From the sequence record PQ159479: 50,260 nucleotides of DNA, one strand, 5' to 3'. Source of the stretch: Escherichia phage Henu4_2. This document shows, one piece after another, positions 18,327 through 28,620 of this stretch. The notes below the pieces were generated by a model. The model saw nothing but the letters and a program-made list of their open reading frames with translations. It was not told where the DNA came from and did no database searches. The position numbers and the translations under genes were made by a program. The stretch's first letter is position 1. Each line of letters begins with the position of its first letter.

Positions 18327-18351
18327 AAGGGGCGCATTGCGTCCCTTTTTT
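18327..18351 (+). terminator. hairpin + T-run
   Basis: AAAGGGGCGC-ATT-GCGTCCCTTT + TTT. Confidence 0.55.
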
Positions 18352-18393
18352 ATTTGATGTAATATCACCTCAATATTTAACCACTCAGGAGAA

Positions 18394-18714
18394 ATGACAA
18401 TGGCTAAAATTAAATTGACTCTTGCCCCGCTTCCAGATTTCAAACTTCCAGTTAAATTTGTATTGCCGGATGGTAACGAGCAGAAAATTGTGTTTACCGT
18501 TAAGCATAAAAAGGCCAGCGAGATTCAAGAACTTTACCAGAAAGAAGGTATTAAAGATCCTGAATTTATCATGAATGTTGCCGTTGGTTGGGATCTGGAA
18601 GAAGAATTCAACGAAGAAAACGCGCAACTGTTAGTTGATTATTACCCTGGCGCGGCGCTGGCTCTTATGGGATCTTATTTAAGTGCGCTGGCAGGGCAAC
18701 GCGTAAAAAACTAA
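18394..18714 (+). CDS. tail assembly chaperone G
   Basis: 106 aa directly upstream of tape measure; ends in slippery A_AAA_AAC. Confidence 0.6.
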   Translation: MTMAKIKLTLAPLPDFKLPVKFVLPDGNEQKIVFTVKHKKASEIQELYQKEGIKDPEFIMNVAVGWDLEEEFNEENAQLLVDYYPGAALALMGSYLSALAGQRVKN

Positions 18715-19031
18715 AACGGGCGGTTTATCTGTATTATCAGAAACCGCCGACAGATGCAGAATTGCAAGCCGTAGGATTAACACGCGCAGACTATGAAGGA
18801 GAAGATCCGCCAGAGGTCATATTTGATGAAAGTATGATGCAATCATGGGATATATTTTGCGCGATGGGTACACAGTGGCGTAGTGCTGGCGCTGGTGCTT
18901 ACGGTTTTGATTATAATGTTTTGCCTATGTTATTCAGAATCTATAAAATAGACGATGAAGAAATGGCCTTAAATGACTTGCGCATCATGGAACAAAAAGC
19001 ACTGGAAATGATGCAAGCAAATAACAAATAA
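18394..19031 (+). CDS. tail assembly chaperone GT, -1 frameshift product
   Basis: heptamer A-AAA-AAC at 18705-18711; the -1 frame is open from 18708 to 19031. Confidence 0.5.
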
Positions 19032-19053
19032 AGCGCCTACGGGCGCTTTTTTT
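19031..19053 (+). terminator. hairpin + T-run upstream of tape measure RBS
   Basis: AAGCGCC-TAC-GGGCGCTT + TTTTT. Confidence 0.5.
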
Positions 19054-19068
19054 ATGAGGGTAAAATAT

Positions 19069-21978
19069 ATGGCTGAACAATTTGCAGGTTTAACACTTGG
19101 CGTGAACGTCGAGCAGTTAAACAAAGCTGTTAAGTCGTTACAGGACTTTAAAAAAGCCAACGACGAAGCAAAGAAAGGCGTTGAGAGCTTTGTTAACGAG
19201 GAAGAAGTTGCAAAGCAAAAGGCTAAACAGTTAGCTGATGAATTGGCGAAACAGAGCCGTGAATTTAAACGCATTCAGGACACTGTTGATCCGACAGCGG
19301 CGAAAATGCGCAAGCTATCTCAGGCCGCAAGTGATCTTGATAAGCTATGGCAAAAGGGCATTGTTCCCGATGAAACGTTTTTCCAGTTGGGGAGTATGCT
19401 GGAAACTCAGATCAGTAAGCTGGAGCGTAATAAAAAGGCGTTAACGGAAGAAGGCCGCGCAGCACTTGAGGAATCAAAAGCCAAAGAGAAAGCAGCATTA
19501 GCCGGAAAAACTTTCCTTGCGGATCTGGAATCGCAAGCCGCCGCGCTTGGAAAAACAAAAGCCGAATTGCTGGAAATGAAAGCGGCGCAACTTGGCGTAA
19601 GTGCTCAGGCCGCGCCATTCATTGCACAGCTTAAAGCGCAAGAAAAACAGATGAAGTTAACCGGAATTAGCGCGGGGCAATATAACCAGGCCATGCGAAT
19701 GCTTCCGGCTCAGATCACTGACGTTGTAACGTCGCTGGCTTCCGGTATGCCTGTTTGGTTGGTTGCAATCCAGCAGGGTGGACAGATTAAGGATTCTTTC
19801 GGCGGCGTTGGCAATACGTTTAAAGTGCTGTTGTCGTTTCTGAATCCGGTAAACGTTGGCCTTGCCGCATTAGCCGTTTCAATGGGTGCTCTTGTTAAGG
19901 CTGGTTATGATGCGTATAAGTCGCAACGTGACTTGCAAGAGGCGTTGGTGCTGACTGGTGGCTATGCTGGCACAAGCGGAGCACAGTTCGATAAGCTGGC
20001 GCAGGACATTAATAACAGCACTGATGCGACGATAGGAAACATCCGATCCATCGCAACAGAGCTTGCAAAATCAGGCAAATTCACGATTGATCAGATTAAA
20101 TCGATCACAAAGACTACCGCTCAGTGGTCAACGGTAACGGGTGAATCAAGCGACAAGATAACCGATTACTTTAATAAGATTGCTGGCGATCCGGTTAAAG
20201 GTCTTGCAGAGCTAAACGAGCAATTCAATTTTTTAAGCGAAGGGCAGTTAACTTATATTGCAGACCTGGAAAAAACAAAAGGCAAAACGGAAGCAGTAAC
20301 GGCGGCGACAAAGTTATTTGCTGATGTTATGGATCAGAGATTAGCTAAATTGGCAGACTCCGCAACGCCATTAGAAAAGATGTGGACGAACATTAAAAAA
20401 TGGGCGTCAGATGCATGGGGTTGGGTTGGGGATCACACGCTTGCGGCGCTTAACCTGATTATTGACGTTGTAGCCGGAACCGTTGAGCAAGTTCGCTATT
20501 TGCTTAATCAGGGTGATATTCTCATTGGTGAATTTATTGTATCGGCAACCAAAACGATGCAAAAAATCCCAGGGCTTGATAATGTTGGCGATTCTGTTAT
20601 TTCGCAGCAACAGAAGATTATCAATAACGCTAAGGAGAACAACAAGGAGCTATTAAAATCAATTGCAGAACGTAACGAGCGAGTCAAAAAAGGCGAGCAT
20701 GGTTACATTGACATGATGAAAAATCGTGCGGCGGTTGAACAGCAATATGCGACAAAAACAAAAGAGAATATCAGGAAGGAAGCCGAGGAATTAGCCAAAC
20801 GCGATAAAAAGCAAAAGGCTGAAAAAGTTAAGGTATCGGCTGGCGATAAGCTGGAAGAACAATATCAGCGTGATATCCTGGCGTTAGAAACTCAATTAAG
20901 AGTTTTGAAAGAGCACAAGACGATCACAGATACCATAAGCCAGCAACGTAAATCTTTATGGGCTGAACAAGCTAAAATTCAGATTTTGCAAGAAGCCTCA
21001 ACAAAACGGCAACTTACTGATGAAGAAAAAAGCATTTTAGCCAACAAAGATAAGATCCTAGCGATGGCTGAACAAAAAGCTATTTTAGGAGATCAGATTG
21101 TTGCACAAACGCGCCTTAATCAGTTGCAAGATAGCTCAATCAAGTTTATCCAGCAGCAGAAAGCAGCAACAGAAGCACTAGCCAAAACCAGAGGGTTAAG
21201 TGAACGTGAAGCAGCAAGAGCGGCGGAACGTGCAAAGGTTGAGGCTGATTATCTTGCCAAAGGAGGTAAGGAAGGAGATCCGCAACTCACCGCAATGATG
21301 GATGCATTAGACAATCGCTATAAAGAGGAAGATGCTAAACGTGCTGATTGGTTGGCTGGCTCTAAAAATGCCTTTGCGGAGTACGGCGAGGAAGCAATGA
21401 ACATGTATGATAATATCGGCAACATTGCGAGCCAGGCGCTAAACGGCCTATCGCAACAAATGGCTGATTTTTTGACTACTGGACAAGCAAACTTCAAAGA
21501 CTTTGCAAAATCGATCATTAGCCTTATTGTTCAGATGATCACAAAGATGGTTATCTTCAATAGCATTTCCGGCATGATGGGCGGCTCAACCTGGACGCTT
21601 GGAAGCCTTTTAAGCGGTGCTGGTTTTGCTGGCGGCGGTTATACTGGCGACGGTGGCAAATATGATCCGGCTGGCGTTGTTCATAAGGGTGAGTTTGTTT
21701 TCACAAAAGAGGCAACGCAAAGAATCGGAGCTAAAAACCTGTATCGCATGATGCGAGGTTATGCAAACGGCGGTCAAGTAGGAAGCGTGACAACTGGCGG
21801 CGCTGGCATCAATCGCGGTGCATCGCAATTTGCATTTGGTGATATCAACGTTAACATTGACAACGGTCAAGATCCAAAAGGGATGGAAACTGGTATCAAG
21901 ATGATTTTCACTGAAATGATTCAACGGTCATGCTCGCAAGGTGGCGAGGTTTATAATTTTGTTCATGGGAGGGCTTAA
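19069..21978 (+). CDS. tail tape measure protein
   Basis: about 970 aa, long coiled-coil regions, Gly-rich C-terminal region; position before lambda M/L/K/I/J homologs. Confidence 0.85.
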   Translation: MAEQFAGLTLGVNVEQLNKAVKSLQDFKKANDEAKKGVESFVNEEEVAKQKAKQLADELAKQSREFKRIQDTVDPTAAKMRKLSQAASDLDKLWQKGIVPDETFFQLGSMLETQISKLERNKKALTEEGRAALEESKAKEKAALAGKTFLADLESQAAALGKTKAELLEMKAAQLGVSAQAAPFIAQLKAQEKQMKLTGISAGQYNQAMRMLPAQITDVVTSLASGMPVWLVAIQQGGQIKDSFGGVGNTFKVLLSFLNPVNVGLAALAVSMGALVKAGYDAYKSQRDLQEALVLTGGYAGTSGAQFDKLAQDINNSTDATIGNIRSIATELAKSGKFTIDQIKSITKTTAQWSTVTGESSDKITDYFNKIAGDPVKGLAELNEQFNFLSEGQLTYIADLEKTKGKTEAVTAATKLFADVMDQRLAKLADSATPLEKMWTNIKKWASDAWGWVGDHTLAALNLIIDVVAGTVEQVRYLLNQGDILIGEFIVSATKTMQKIPGLDNVGDSVISQQQKIINNAKENNKELLKSIAERNERVKKGEHGYIDMMKNRAAVEQQYATKTKENIRKEAEELAKRDKKQKAEKVKVSAGDKLEEQYQRDILALETQLRVLKEHKTITDTISQQRKSLWAEQAKIQILQEASTKRQLTDEEKSILANKDKILAMAEQKAILGDQIVAQTRLNQLQDSSIKFIQQQKAATEALAKTRGLSEREAARAAERAKVEADYLAKGGKEGDPQLTAMMDALDNRYKEEDAKRADWLAGSKNAFAEYGEEAMNMYDNIGNIASQALNGLSQQMADFLTTGQANFKDFAKSIISLIVQMITKMVIFNSISGMMGGSTWTLGSLLSGAGFAGGGYTGDGGKYDPAGVVHKGEFVFTKEATQRIGAKNLYRMMRGYANGGQVGSVTTGGAGINRGASQFAFGDINVNIDNGQDPKGMETGIKMIFTEMIQRSCSQGGEVYNFVHGRA

Positions 21979-22325
21979 TGTTAGATGAATTTACCTGGTG
22001 TACGCAGATTCAGAGCGGCGGCGGTGTAATGACAACTACCAATAACGACAGGGAAGTTGTTTTTGGTAACGGTTATCGCCAAAAGGCATCTTCTGGATTT
22101 AACACGGAGCGGAGGGAGTTTTCTATTGTTTACGCTGGCACTGATTATAAAAAAGTGAAAGCGTTCATGACGGATCACAGATTAAAGCCTTTCTTGTGGA
22201 GGATGCCTGATGGTGATTTAGGGTTGTTTACGGTTAAAGCCGGAACGGTAGGGCTAACGCCAATAAGCCCAACCGTTCAGGAAGTCAAAGCAACTTTCAC
22301 GGAAGAATTTACATCCATGCGATAA
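21978..22325 (+). CDS. minor tail protein M (lambda gpM-like)
   Basis: F.W...VVFGNGYRQKA...FLWRMP matches the lambda M pattern. Confidence 0.85.
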   Translation: MLDEFTWCTQIQSGGGVMTTTNNDREVVFGNGYRQKASSGFNTERREFSIVYAGTDYKKVKAFMTDHRLKPFLWRMPDGDLGLFTVKAGTVGLTPISPTVQEVKATFTEEFTSMR

Positions 22326-22329
22326 ATCA

Positions 22330-22353
22330 AAGCCGCCATTGTGCGGCTTTTTT
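22330..22353 (+). terminator. hairpin + T-run
   Basis: AAGCCGCC-ATTGT-GCGGCTT + TTTT, followed by TATAAT at 22362. Confidence 0.6.
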
Positions 22354-22392
22354 ATTGTGTCTATAATGGTGCTTTATTGGAGGGCATAGAAT

Positions 22393-23151
22393 ATGGCTGA
22401 AAAACAGATCAAAAAGACTTTTGAAAATTGTCTGCAATCGCTTTTCCCTGGTGAAATAATTACGCTTGTTGAGGTTGACGGCACAAAATTTGGTGCGCAG
22501 GTTTACCGCTTTCATGCTGAAAATATCTCGTACACGCCAGAGGAATTAATGCAAGCGCGTGAAACTGGAATATTGCCGCCGAAAGATATTAAATTCCGTG
22601 GCGAGGTTTACGGGGCGCGGCCTTTTGGGATTACTGGCATTGGCTTTACAAGTAACGGAAAGGCAGAGAAACCACAATTAGCGCTTTCAAATTTAGATAG
22701 CCGCGTATCTGCATTAATCAGATCATATAATGGCATGATGCAAGCCAAAGTAACAATTTGGGTTACATCGGCTGATTTAATTGATGAAGAAGGAAACGTG
22801 GAGGACGGCGCATATAGAAAGCTGGTTTATTATATTGAGCGTCCGAATTTTGTTAATCAGACAGTTGCACGTTTTGAATTAACATCACCTTATGATATGG
22901 ATGGAATTATGATCCCGCCACGACTCACGCAAAGCGTTTGTTATTGGGCGCAAAGGGGATGGTATAGAAGCGGGAAAGGTTGCGGATATAACGGATCGGC
23001 AATGTTCGATAAAGACAATAATCCGGTAACAGATCCTAGCAAGGATTATTGCGCCGGAACGGTTACAGCCTGTAAATTGCGCTTTGGCGCTCAAAATGAA
23101 TTAGATTTCGGCGGTTGCGCGGTTGCATCACTATTGAGGAAAAACCAATGA
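22393..23151 (+). CDS. minor tail protein L (lambda gpL-like)
   Basis: C-terminal Cys cluster CYWAQRGWYRSGKGCGYNG...CAG..TACKLRFG...FGGC like lambda L. Confidence 0.9.
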   Translation: MAEKQIKKTFENCLQSLFPGEIITLVEVDGTKFGAQVYRFHAENISYTPEELMQARETGILPPKDIKFRGEVYGARPFGITGIGFTSNGKAEKPQLALSNLDSRVSALIRSYNGMMQAKVTIWVTSADLIDEEGNVEDGAYRKLVYYIERPNFVNQTVARFELTSPYDMDGIMIPPRLTQSVCYWAQRGWYRSGKGCGYNGSAMFDKDNNPVTDPSKDYCAGTVTACKLRFGAQNELDFGGCAVASLLRKNQ

Positions 23152-23870
23152 TTAACGCAAAAATTAAACTTGAAATTATGCGCCATGCCAATGACGTTTA
23201 TCCTAATGAATGTTGCGGCCTGGTAACTCAAAAATCACGCGTACAGAAATATCACCGGATCGACAACGTAAGCAAGGAGCCGGAAAAACATTTTGAAATG
23301 GACGCGGAACAATATGCAGAAGTTGAGGACGGCGGCGCGGATATCATAGCGATAGTTCACAGCCACACAGGGGAAGGGGCAACCACAATTCCTAGCGCAC
23401 ACGATTTGTGCATGTGTGATGAAACTGGTGTTTCTTGGGTTATCGTTTCTATACCAGAGGGAGACATGAGAATCATAGAGCCACAATCACGGCCTTTGAT
23501 TGGTCGCCCCTGGTCGCTTGGCGCTTATGATTGTTGGGGTCTTATTATGGCCTGGCATAAAGAGCAAGGCGTGATCCTGAATGATTTCCGCAAGCCGTAT
23601 GAATGGTGGAAGCCGGAACATGGTGAAAACCTTTATCAAGATAATTACTTGAAAGAAGGTTTTATAGAAACAGGCGAACCGCCAAAGCCAGGTGACATGA
23701 TCATAATGCAGTTGCAATCGCCAGTATGGAACCACGCCGGAATTTATTTAGGCAACAATCAACTATTGCATCATGCATTCGGCAAGTTGTCGCGGGTTGA
23801 TTTATATTCTGGATGGTATCAGGAACACACAACAATGATTTGCAGACATAAGGATCTGAAAAATGAATAA
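23148..23870 (+). CDS. tail assembly protein K (lambda gpK-like; JAB/MPN + NlpC/P60)
   Basis: JAMM-like HSHTGEGATTIPSAHD; NlpC/P60 Cys in GAYDCWGLI. Confidence 0.9.
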   Translation: MINAKIKLEIMRHANDVYPNECCGLVTQKSRVQKYHRIDNVSKEPEKHFEMDAEQYAEVEDGGADIIAIVHSHTGEGATTIPSAHDLCMCDETGVSWVIVSIPEGDMRIIEPQSRPLIGRPWSLGAYDCWGLIMAWHKEQGVILNDFRKPYEWWKPEHGENLYQDNYLKEGFIETGEPPKPGDMIIMQLQSPVWNHAGIYLGNNQLLHHAFGKLSRVDLYSGWYQEHTTMICRHKDLKNE

Positions 23871-24462
23871 GGTTATCAACGTAAAATTATCAGGCTCATT
23901 AGGTCGCCGCTTTGGTGTTTTCCATAAATACGCCGTTGAGAGTTGGCCTGAATGCGTAAGGGCATTATCAAGCCAAGTTGAAGGATTCAAAGAATTTATG
24001 CAAAGTGAAATCGGATCAAAGATGAAATTTGCAATTTTCGTTGATGGTAAAAATGTTGGCCTGAATAATGATAGCGCATGGCGTTGCGCTCGCGAGGTTA
24101 GAATTGTTCCCGTTCCAACCGGTTCAAAATCTGGAGGTTTATTTCAGGTTGTATTAGGCGCTGTAATTATGGTTGCTGCATTCTATACTGGCGGCGCTTC
24201 ACTTGCTGCAATGGGGGCTTTTTCTTCATCGGCTTTTATGATGGGCGGTGCTATGGTTCTTGGCGGAGTAATGCAGATGATTAGCCCACAACAGGGAGGC
24301 ATGAAAATGGAGAGTCAAAGCGCTGAAAATAAACCATCATATGCGTTTGGTGGTGCTGTTAATACTACGGCGGCAGGTTATCCGGTATGTTTGCCATATG
24401 GTTATAGAACGGTTGGTGGCGCTGTATTCAGTGCTGGCTCATACGCAGAAGATAAACTTTAA
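23863..24462 (+). CDS. tail assembly protein I (lambda gpI-like)
   Basis: GSKSGGLFQVVLGA ... VLGGVMQM pattern shared with lambda I. Confidence 0.85.
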   Translation: MNKVINVKLSGSLGRRFGVFHKYAVESWPECVRALSSQVEGFKEFMQSEIGSKMKFAIFVDGKNVGLNNDSAWRCAREVRIVPVPTGSKSGGLFQVVLGAVIMVAAFYTGGASLAAMGAFSSSAFMMGGAMVLGGVMQMISPQQGGMKMESQSAENKPSYAFGGAVNTTAAGYPVCLPYGYRTVGGAVFSAGSYAEDKL

Positions 24463-24470
24463 TTATATAA

Positions 24471-24495
24471 ACCCGCCGTTGCGCGGGTTTTTTGT
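24471..24495 (+). terminator. hairpin + T-run (near-duplicate of 8323-8347)
   Basis: AACCCGCC-GTTG-CGCGGGTT + TTTT; TACAAT follows at 24502. Confidence 0.6.
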
Positions 24496-24543
24496 TACAT
24501 GTACAATGGCAGCACGTTTAAATAGCACAAAAGGTTAAAAGCT

Positions 24544-27500
24544 ATGATCAAAAATATGATAACTGGCAGTAAGGGCGGTTCTTCAAAGCCTCATACACCT
24601 GTTGAAATGGAAGATAACCTAATTTCAATTAACAGGATCAGAATTCTTTTAGCCGTTTCTGATGGTGAAGTTGATCCAGACTTTTCATTGAAAGATTTAT
24701 ATTTTGATGACGTTCCGGTTATGAATCAGGATGGTTCACTAAACTTTCAGAATGTTAAAGCAGAATTCAGACCAGGGACGCAAACTCAGGATTATATTCA
24801 GGGGTTTACTGATACAGCCAGCGAAATTACAGTTGCTCGAGATCTGACAGCCGCAACACCTTATATTATTTCTGTTACCAACAAAAACCTTTCTGCGATC
24901 CGTATTAAAATTTTAATGCCTCGCGGGGTTACTCAGGAAGATAACGGAGATCTAACAGGTGTTCGCGTTGAATATGCTGTTGATATGGCTGTTGATGGTG
25001 CTGAATATAAAGAGGTTTTGCATGATGTAATTGAAGGTAAAACAATGAGCGGTTACGACAGAAGCCGCCGAATTGATTTACCTGTTTTCAATGATCGTGT
25101 TTTATTGCGCGTACGTCGCCTGACAGATAGCACGTCAGCAAGGGTGACGGATCTGATTAAAATGCAAAGCTATGCGGAAATTGTAGACGCTAAATTTCGT
25201 TACCCCCTGACTGGTTTAGTATATGTTGAGTTTGACAGCGAATTATTCCCTAATGCGTTGCCGAATATCAGCATTAAGAAAAAATGGAAAATCATTAATG
25301 TTCCATCAAATTATGATCCTATTTCACGCACTTACTCAGGGTCATGGGATGGAACCTGGAAAAAGGCATGGAGTAATAACCCTGCTTTTGTTCTGTATGA
25401 TTTGATTACCAATCAGCGTTACGGACTCGATCAAAGAGAGTTAGGCATAGCGCTTGATAAATGGAGCATTTACGAATGTGCGCAGTATTGCGATCAGATG
25501 GTTCCAGACGGTAAAGGCGGAACAGAGCCGCGTTATCTTTGCGATGTTGTGATCCAGAGCCAGGTAGAAGCGTATCAGCTTGTGCGTGATATTTGTTCAA
25601 TATTCCGTGGCATGAGCTTTTGGAATGGTGAGAGCCTTTCAATCGTGATCGATAAGCCTCGCGATGCGTCATACATCTTTACTAATGACAACGTGGTTAA
25701 CGGCGATTTCAGCTACACGTTTGCCAGCGAGAAAAGCATGTACACGCAATGCAACGTGACTTTCGACGACGAACAAAACATGTATCAACAGGATGTTGAG
25801 GGAGTTTTCGAAACGGAGGCGGCGTTACGATTTGGATATAACAGCACGTCAATTACTGCGATTGGATGCACACGACGCAGCGAAGCCAACCGCCGTGGAC
25901 GCTGGATTTTAAAAACTAACGTCAAGAGCACAACGGTAAACTTTGCTACAGGTCTGGAAGGTATGATCCCAACCGTAGGCGATGTGATTGTTGTATCGGA
26001 TAACTTCTGGTCAAGTGCTCTAACGCTGAATCTATCAGGTCGCGTGATGGAGGTTAGCGGGTTGCAGGTGTTCACGCCGTTTAAGGTTGACGCAAGAGCA
26101 GGTGATCGCATTCTGGTAAATAAGCCAGATGGTAAGCCAGTTGGTCGAACCATTGCGCGTGTAAGTGATGACGGTAAAACGCTAACGCTAAACACGACAT
26201 TTGGCTTTGACGTTCAGCCGGATACCATTTTTGCAATTGAGCGAACGGATATTGCACAGCAACGATATGTTGTAACCGGAATCACTAAGGGTGACGGTGA
26301 TGAAGAATTTACCTACAACATAACGGCTGTTGAATACGATCCTAACAAATACGATGAAATTGATTATGGCGTAAACATTGATGACCGTCCGACTTCAATC
26401 GTGCAGCCTGACATTTTGCCAGCACCGCAAAACGTCAAGATCGAATCTTATTCGCGAGTTGTTCAGGGTGCGAGCGTGGAAACAATGCACGTTTCATGGG
26501 ATAAGGTTGAATATGCAAGCCTTTATGAAATGCAGTGGAGAAAAGACAATGGCAACTGGAACAACACGCCGCGCACAGCCAACAAGGAAACGGAAGTTGA
26601 AGGAATTTACGCCGGAAACTATCACGTAAGGGTTAGATCTGTTGCGGCGAATGGTTCAGCGTCTGGATGGTCAGCCATTGTAAGCGCCGGACTAACTGGC
26701 AAGGTTGGCGAACCGGAAAGGCCAATTAACCTTACTGCGTCTGACAATGAAGTTTTCGGAATTCGCGTAAAATGGGGTATGCCAGAAGGAAGCGGAGACA
26801 CTGCATATATTGAGTTGCATCAAGCGCCGAACGGTGCTGATGGTCATCCTATCGTTGATGAAGCAACGCTCTTAACGCTGATACCGTTCCCGCAATATGA
26901 GTATTGGCATTCAATACTGCCAGCGGGTCATGTTGTCTGGTACAAGGCAAGAGCAGTTGACAAAATCGGTAACGTTTCTGATTGGACTGATTTTGTGCGC
27001 GGCATGGCTTCCGACGATACAAGCATTATCACGGATCATATTAAGGTCGATATTGAAAATTCTGATGGCTATAAGTGGTTGCAGGAAAACGCGATAAAGG
27101 CAAATGATAAGATCCACAGCACAGCGGAATCAGTGATTGAAAACGCATTAGCGAATGATAAAGATGTTCGACGTATGCGAGTTGAAAACGGCAAGCGCAA
27201 AGCGGAGTTCTTGCAATCGCTGAAACTCATTGCAGACGAAACAGAAGCAAGGGTAACGCAGGTCACTCAAATGAGTGCGCAATTTGACGAGAAATTAACG
27301 GCTCAAAATAGCGAATTGAGAGAGGTAATTGCTAACAGCACTGAAACCATTAGCCAAAGGATTGATCAGCTTACAGCTACGTTTGAGAGCGAAATTGATG
27401 GTGTTAAGCAGGATATCAAAGCACAGATAACTGATGTTAACCAGGCAATCACCAATGAAGCGGAAGCGCGAGCGTCAGCGGATAGGGCGTTATCAACTCA

Positions 27501-28320
27501 AATTGGTGATACCCAATCAGCGGTTAACCAGAAACTTGATTCATGGGTTAACGGTACAAGCGTTGGTGCGATGTACGGCGTTAAGTTGGGGATCAGGTAT
27601 AACGGGCAGGAATATAGCGCAGGTATGGCGCTTTCTCTTGTCGCTGATGGTGGCGGAGTTAAATCACAATTCCTGTTTGATGCTGGACGATTTGCGATCA
27701 TCAATAATGCTCAAAGCGGAGCCTTTACATTGCCGTTTGTTGTTGAAAATAATCAGGTGTTTATCAATAGCTTACTTGTTAAAAATGGTTCTATTGGCAA
27801 TGCACAGATTGCTAACTTCATCAACTCTAACAACTGGCAGAGCGGGGTTGCAGGATGGGCTATTAACAAAGATGGTTACGCAGAATTTAACCAGGTAACT
27901 GTAAGGGGTGGCGTTTACGCATCATATGGTTCATTCACCGGAAGCGTTTACGCGCAAGATGGTTGGTTTAGGGGTACTGTTTACGCTGAAAAAATTGAGG
28001 GTGACGTTGCAAAGGCTGTTGTTCTTCCGTTTAACGGATCGATTCACATTCCGGCGGTTAACTACAACAGACATCTTGTGATCCCTTATGTTGGTATTCA
28101 TGGGTACACATATTCAGGTGGTACATGGGGCGGCGGCACTGTTTGGGTTGATTCAACATATGGCGGTCGCCTTGCTAACGTTCGGGCAACTGCAATGCAT
28201 GGCGGATCAAGTGGCTATGTTCTGTTGCCAGCAGGTAACGCAACTACGCTTTCATATGGTGGAGATCTAAACCACGCAAACGCAGTACCGATCTTAACAG
28301 TTCTGCTATTCAAAGCATAA
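24544..28320 (+). CDS. tail tip / central fibre host-specificity protein (lambda gpJ-like)
   Basis: 1258 aa following M-L-K-I; conserved J-family architecture. Confidence 0.9.
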   Translation: MIKNMITGSKGGSSKPHTPVEMEDNLISINRIRILLAVSDGEVDPDFSLKDLYFDDVPVMNQDGSLNFQNVKAEFRPGTQTQDYIQGFTDTASEITVARDLTAATPYIISVTNKNLSAIRIKILMPRGVTQEDNGDLTGVRVEYAVDMAVDGAEYKEVLHDVIEGKTMSGYDRSRRIDLPVFNDRVLLRVRRLTDSTSARVTDLIKMQSYAEIVDAKFRYPLTGLVYVEFDSELFPNALPNISIKKKWKIINVPSNYDPISRTYSGSWDGTWKKAWSNNPAFVLYDLITNQRYGLDQRELGIALDKWSIYECAQYCDQMVPDGKGGTEPRYLCDVVIQSQVEAYQLVRDICSIFRGMSFWNGESLSIVIDKPRDASYIFTNDNVVNGDFSYTFASEKSMYTQCNVTFDDEQNMYQQDVEGVFETEAALRFGYNSTSITAIGCTRRSEANRRGRWILKTNVKSTTVNFATGLEGMIPTVGDVIVVSDNFWSSALTLNLSGRVMEVSGLQVFTPFKVDARAGDRILVNKPDGKPVGRTIARVSDDGKTLTLNTTFGFDVQPDTIFAIERTDIAQQRYVVTGITKGDGDEEFTYNITAVEYDPNKYDEIDYGVNIDDRPTSIVQPDILPAPQNVKIESYSRVVQGASVETMHVSWDKVEYASLYEMQWRKDNGNWNNTPRTANKETEVEGIYAGNYHVRVRSVAANGSASGWSAIVSAGLTGKVGEPERPINLTASDNEVFGIRVKWGMPEGSGDTAYIELHQAPNGADGHPIVDEATLLTLIPFPQYEYWHSILPAGHVVWYKARAVDKIGNVSDWTDFVRGMASDDTSIITDHIKVDIENSDGYKWLQENAIKANDKIHSTAESVIENALANDKDVRRMRVENGKRKAEFLQSLKLIADETEARVTQVTQMSAQFDEKLTAQNSELREVIANSTETISQRIDQLTATFESEIDGVKQDIKAQITDVNQAITNEAEARASADRALSTQIGDTQSAVNQKLDSWVNGTSVGAMYGVKLGIRYNGQEYSAGMALSLVADGGGVKSQFLFDAGRFAIINNAQSGAFTLPFVVENNQVFINSLLVKNGSIGNAQIANFINSNNWQSGVAGWAINKDGYAEFNQVTVRGGVYASYGSFTGSVYAQDGWFRGTVYAEKIEGDVAKAVVLPFNGSIHIPAVNYNRHLVIPYVGIHGYTYSGGTWGGGTVWVDSTYGGRLANVRATAMHGGSSGYVLLPAGNATTLSYGGDLNHANAVPILTVLLFKA

Positions 28321-28334
28321 AAGGAGGTAAATCA

Positions 28335-28378
28335 ATGCCCTGGCTTAACGGTCTGGGCATTTTGTTTTCTTTTGTTCC
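28335..28378 (+). terminator. putative terminator closing the late operon
   Basis: ATGCCC...GGGCAT stem followed by TTTTGTTTTCTTTT. Confidence 0.45.
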
Positions 28379-28429
28379 ATGATGTTCACAACTGAATCCG
28401 GCGTAAAATTGAAAACGTCTTGATAACAA

Positions 28430-28620
28430 AAAGAACAAATTAAATATCTATATAATACATACACTTAGAGTTTAATTATTATTATATATATCTATTTGTA
28501 TTCTTCTTGTTTCTATTGTTCTCTATGGTTTGTAGTGGTTGTGTGTTTTGTATTGGTTGATGGTTATATATCACATGGTATGTATTTATATATGGTATGC
28601 GGCGTAAATGTGTGAACAAT
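28430..28620. repeat. AT- and GT-rich low-complexity intergenic region (control region A)
   Basis: TATATAT runs and GGTTGT/GTTTTGT repeats; related to 49920-50080. Confidence 0.5.

Noticed and set aside
19238-21924. Several 60-104-aa ORFs on both strands inside the tape measure gene
   Set aside because: Embedded in the tape measure reading frame region; typical spurious alternative-frame ORFs in a long gene.
24341-28270. Alternative-frame ORFs inside and flanking gene J (for example 25406-25672 -, 25785-26195 -, 27434-27898 +)
   Set aside because: Overlap the gpJ-like reading frame, lack translation signals and have Ser/Arg-rich low-complexity translations.
28335-28382. 15-aa ORF (MPWLNGLGILFSFVP) with a near-perfect AAGGAGGT Shine-Dalgarno immediately after gene J
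   Set aside because: The region forms a hairpin followed by a T-rich tract and fits better as the late-operon terminator; too short to support as a gene without expression data.
28430-28620. Low-complexity repetitive DNA considered as a possible CRISPR array or tRNA cluster
   Set aside because: No regular direct repeats with unique spacers and no cloverleaf-compatible segments; composition fits a regulatory or curved-DNA region.
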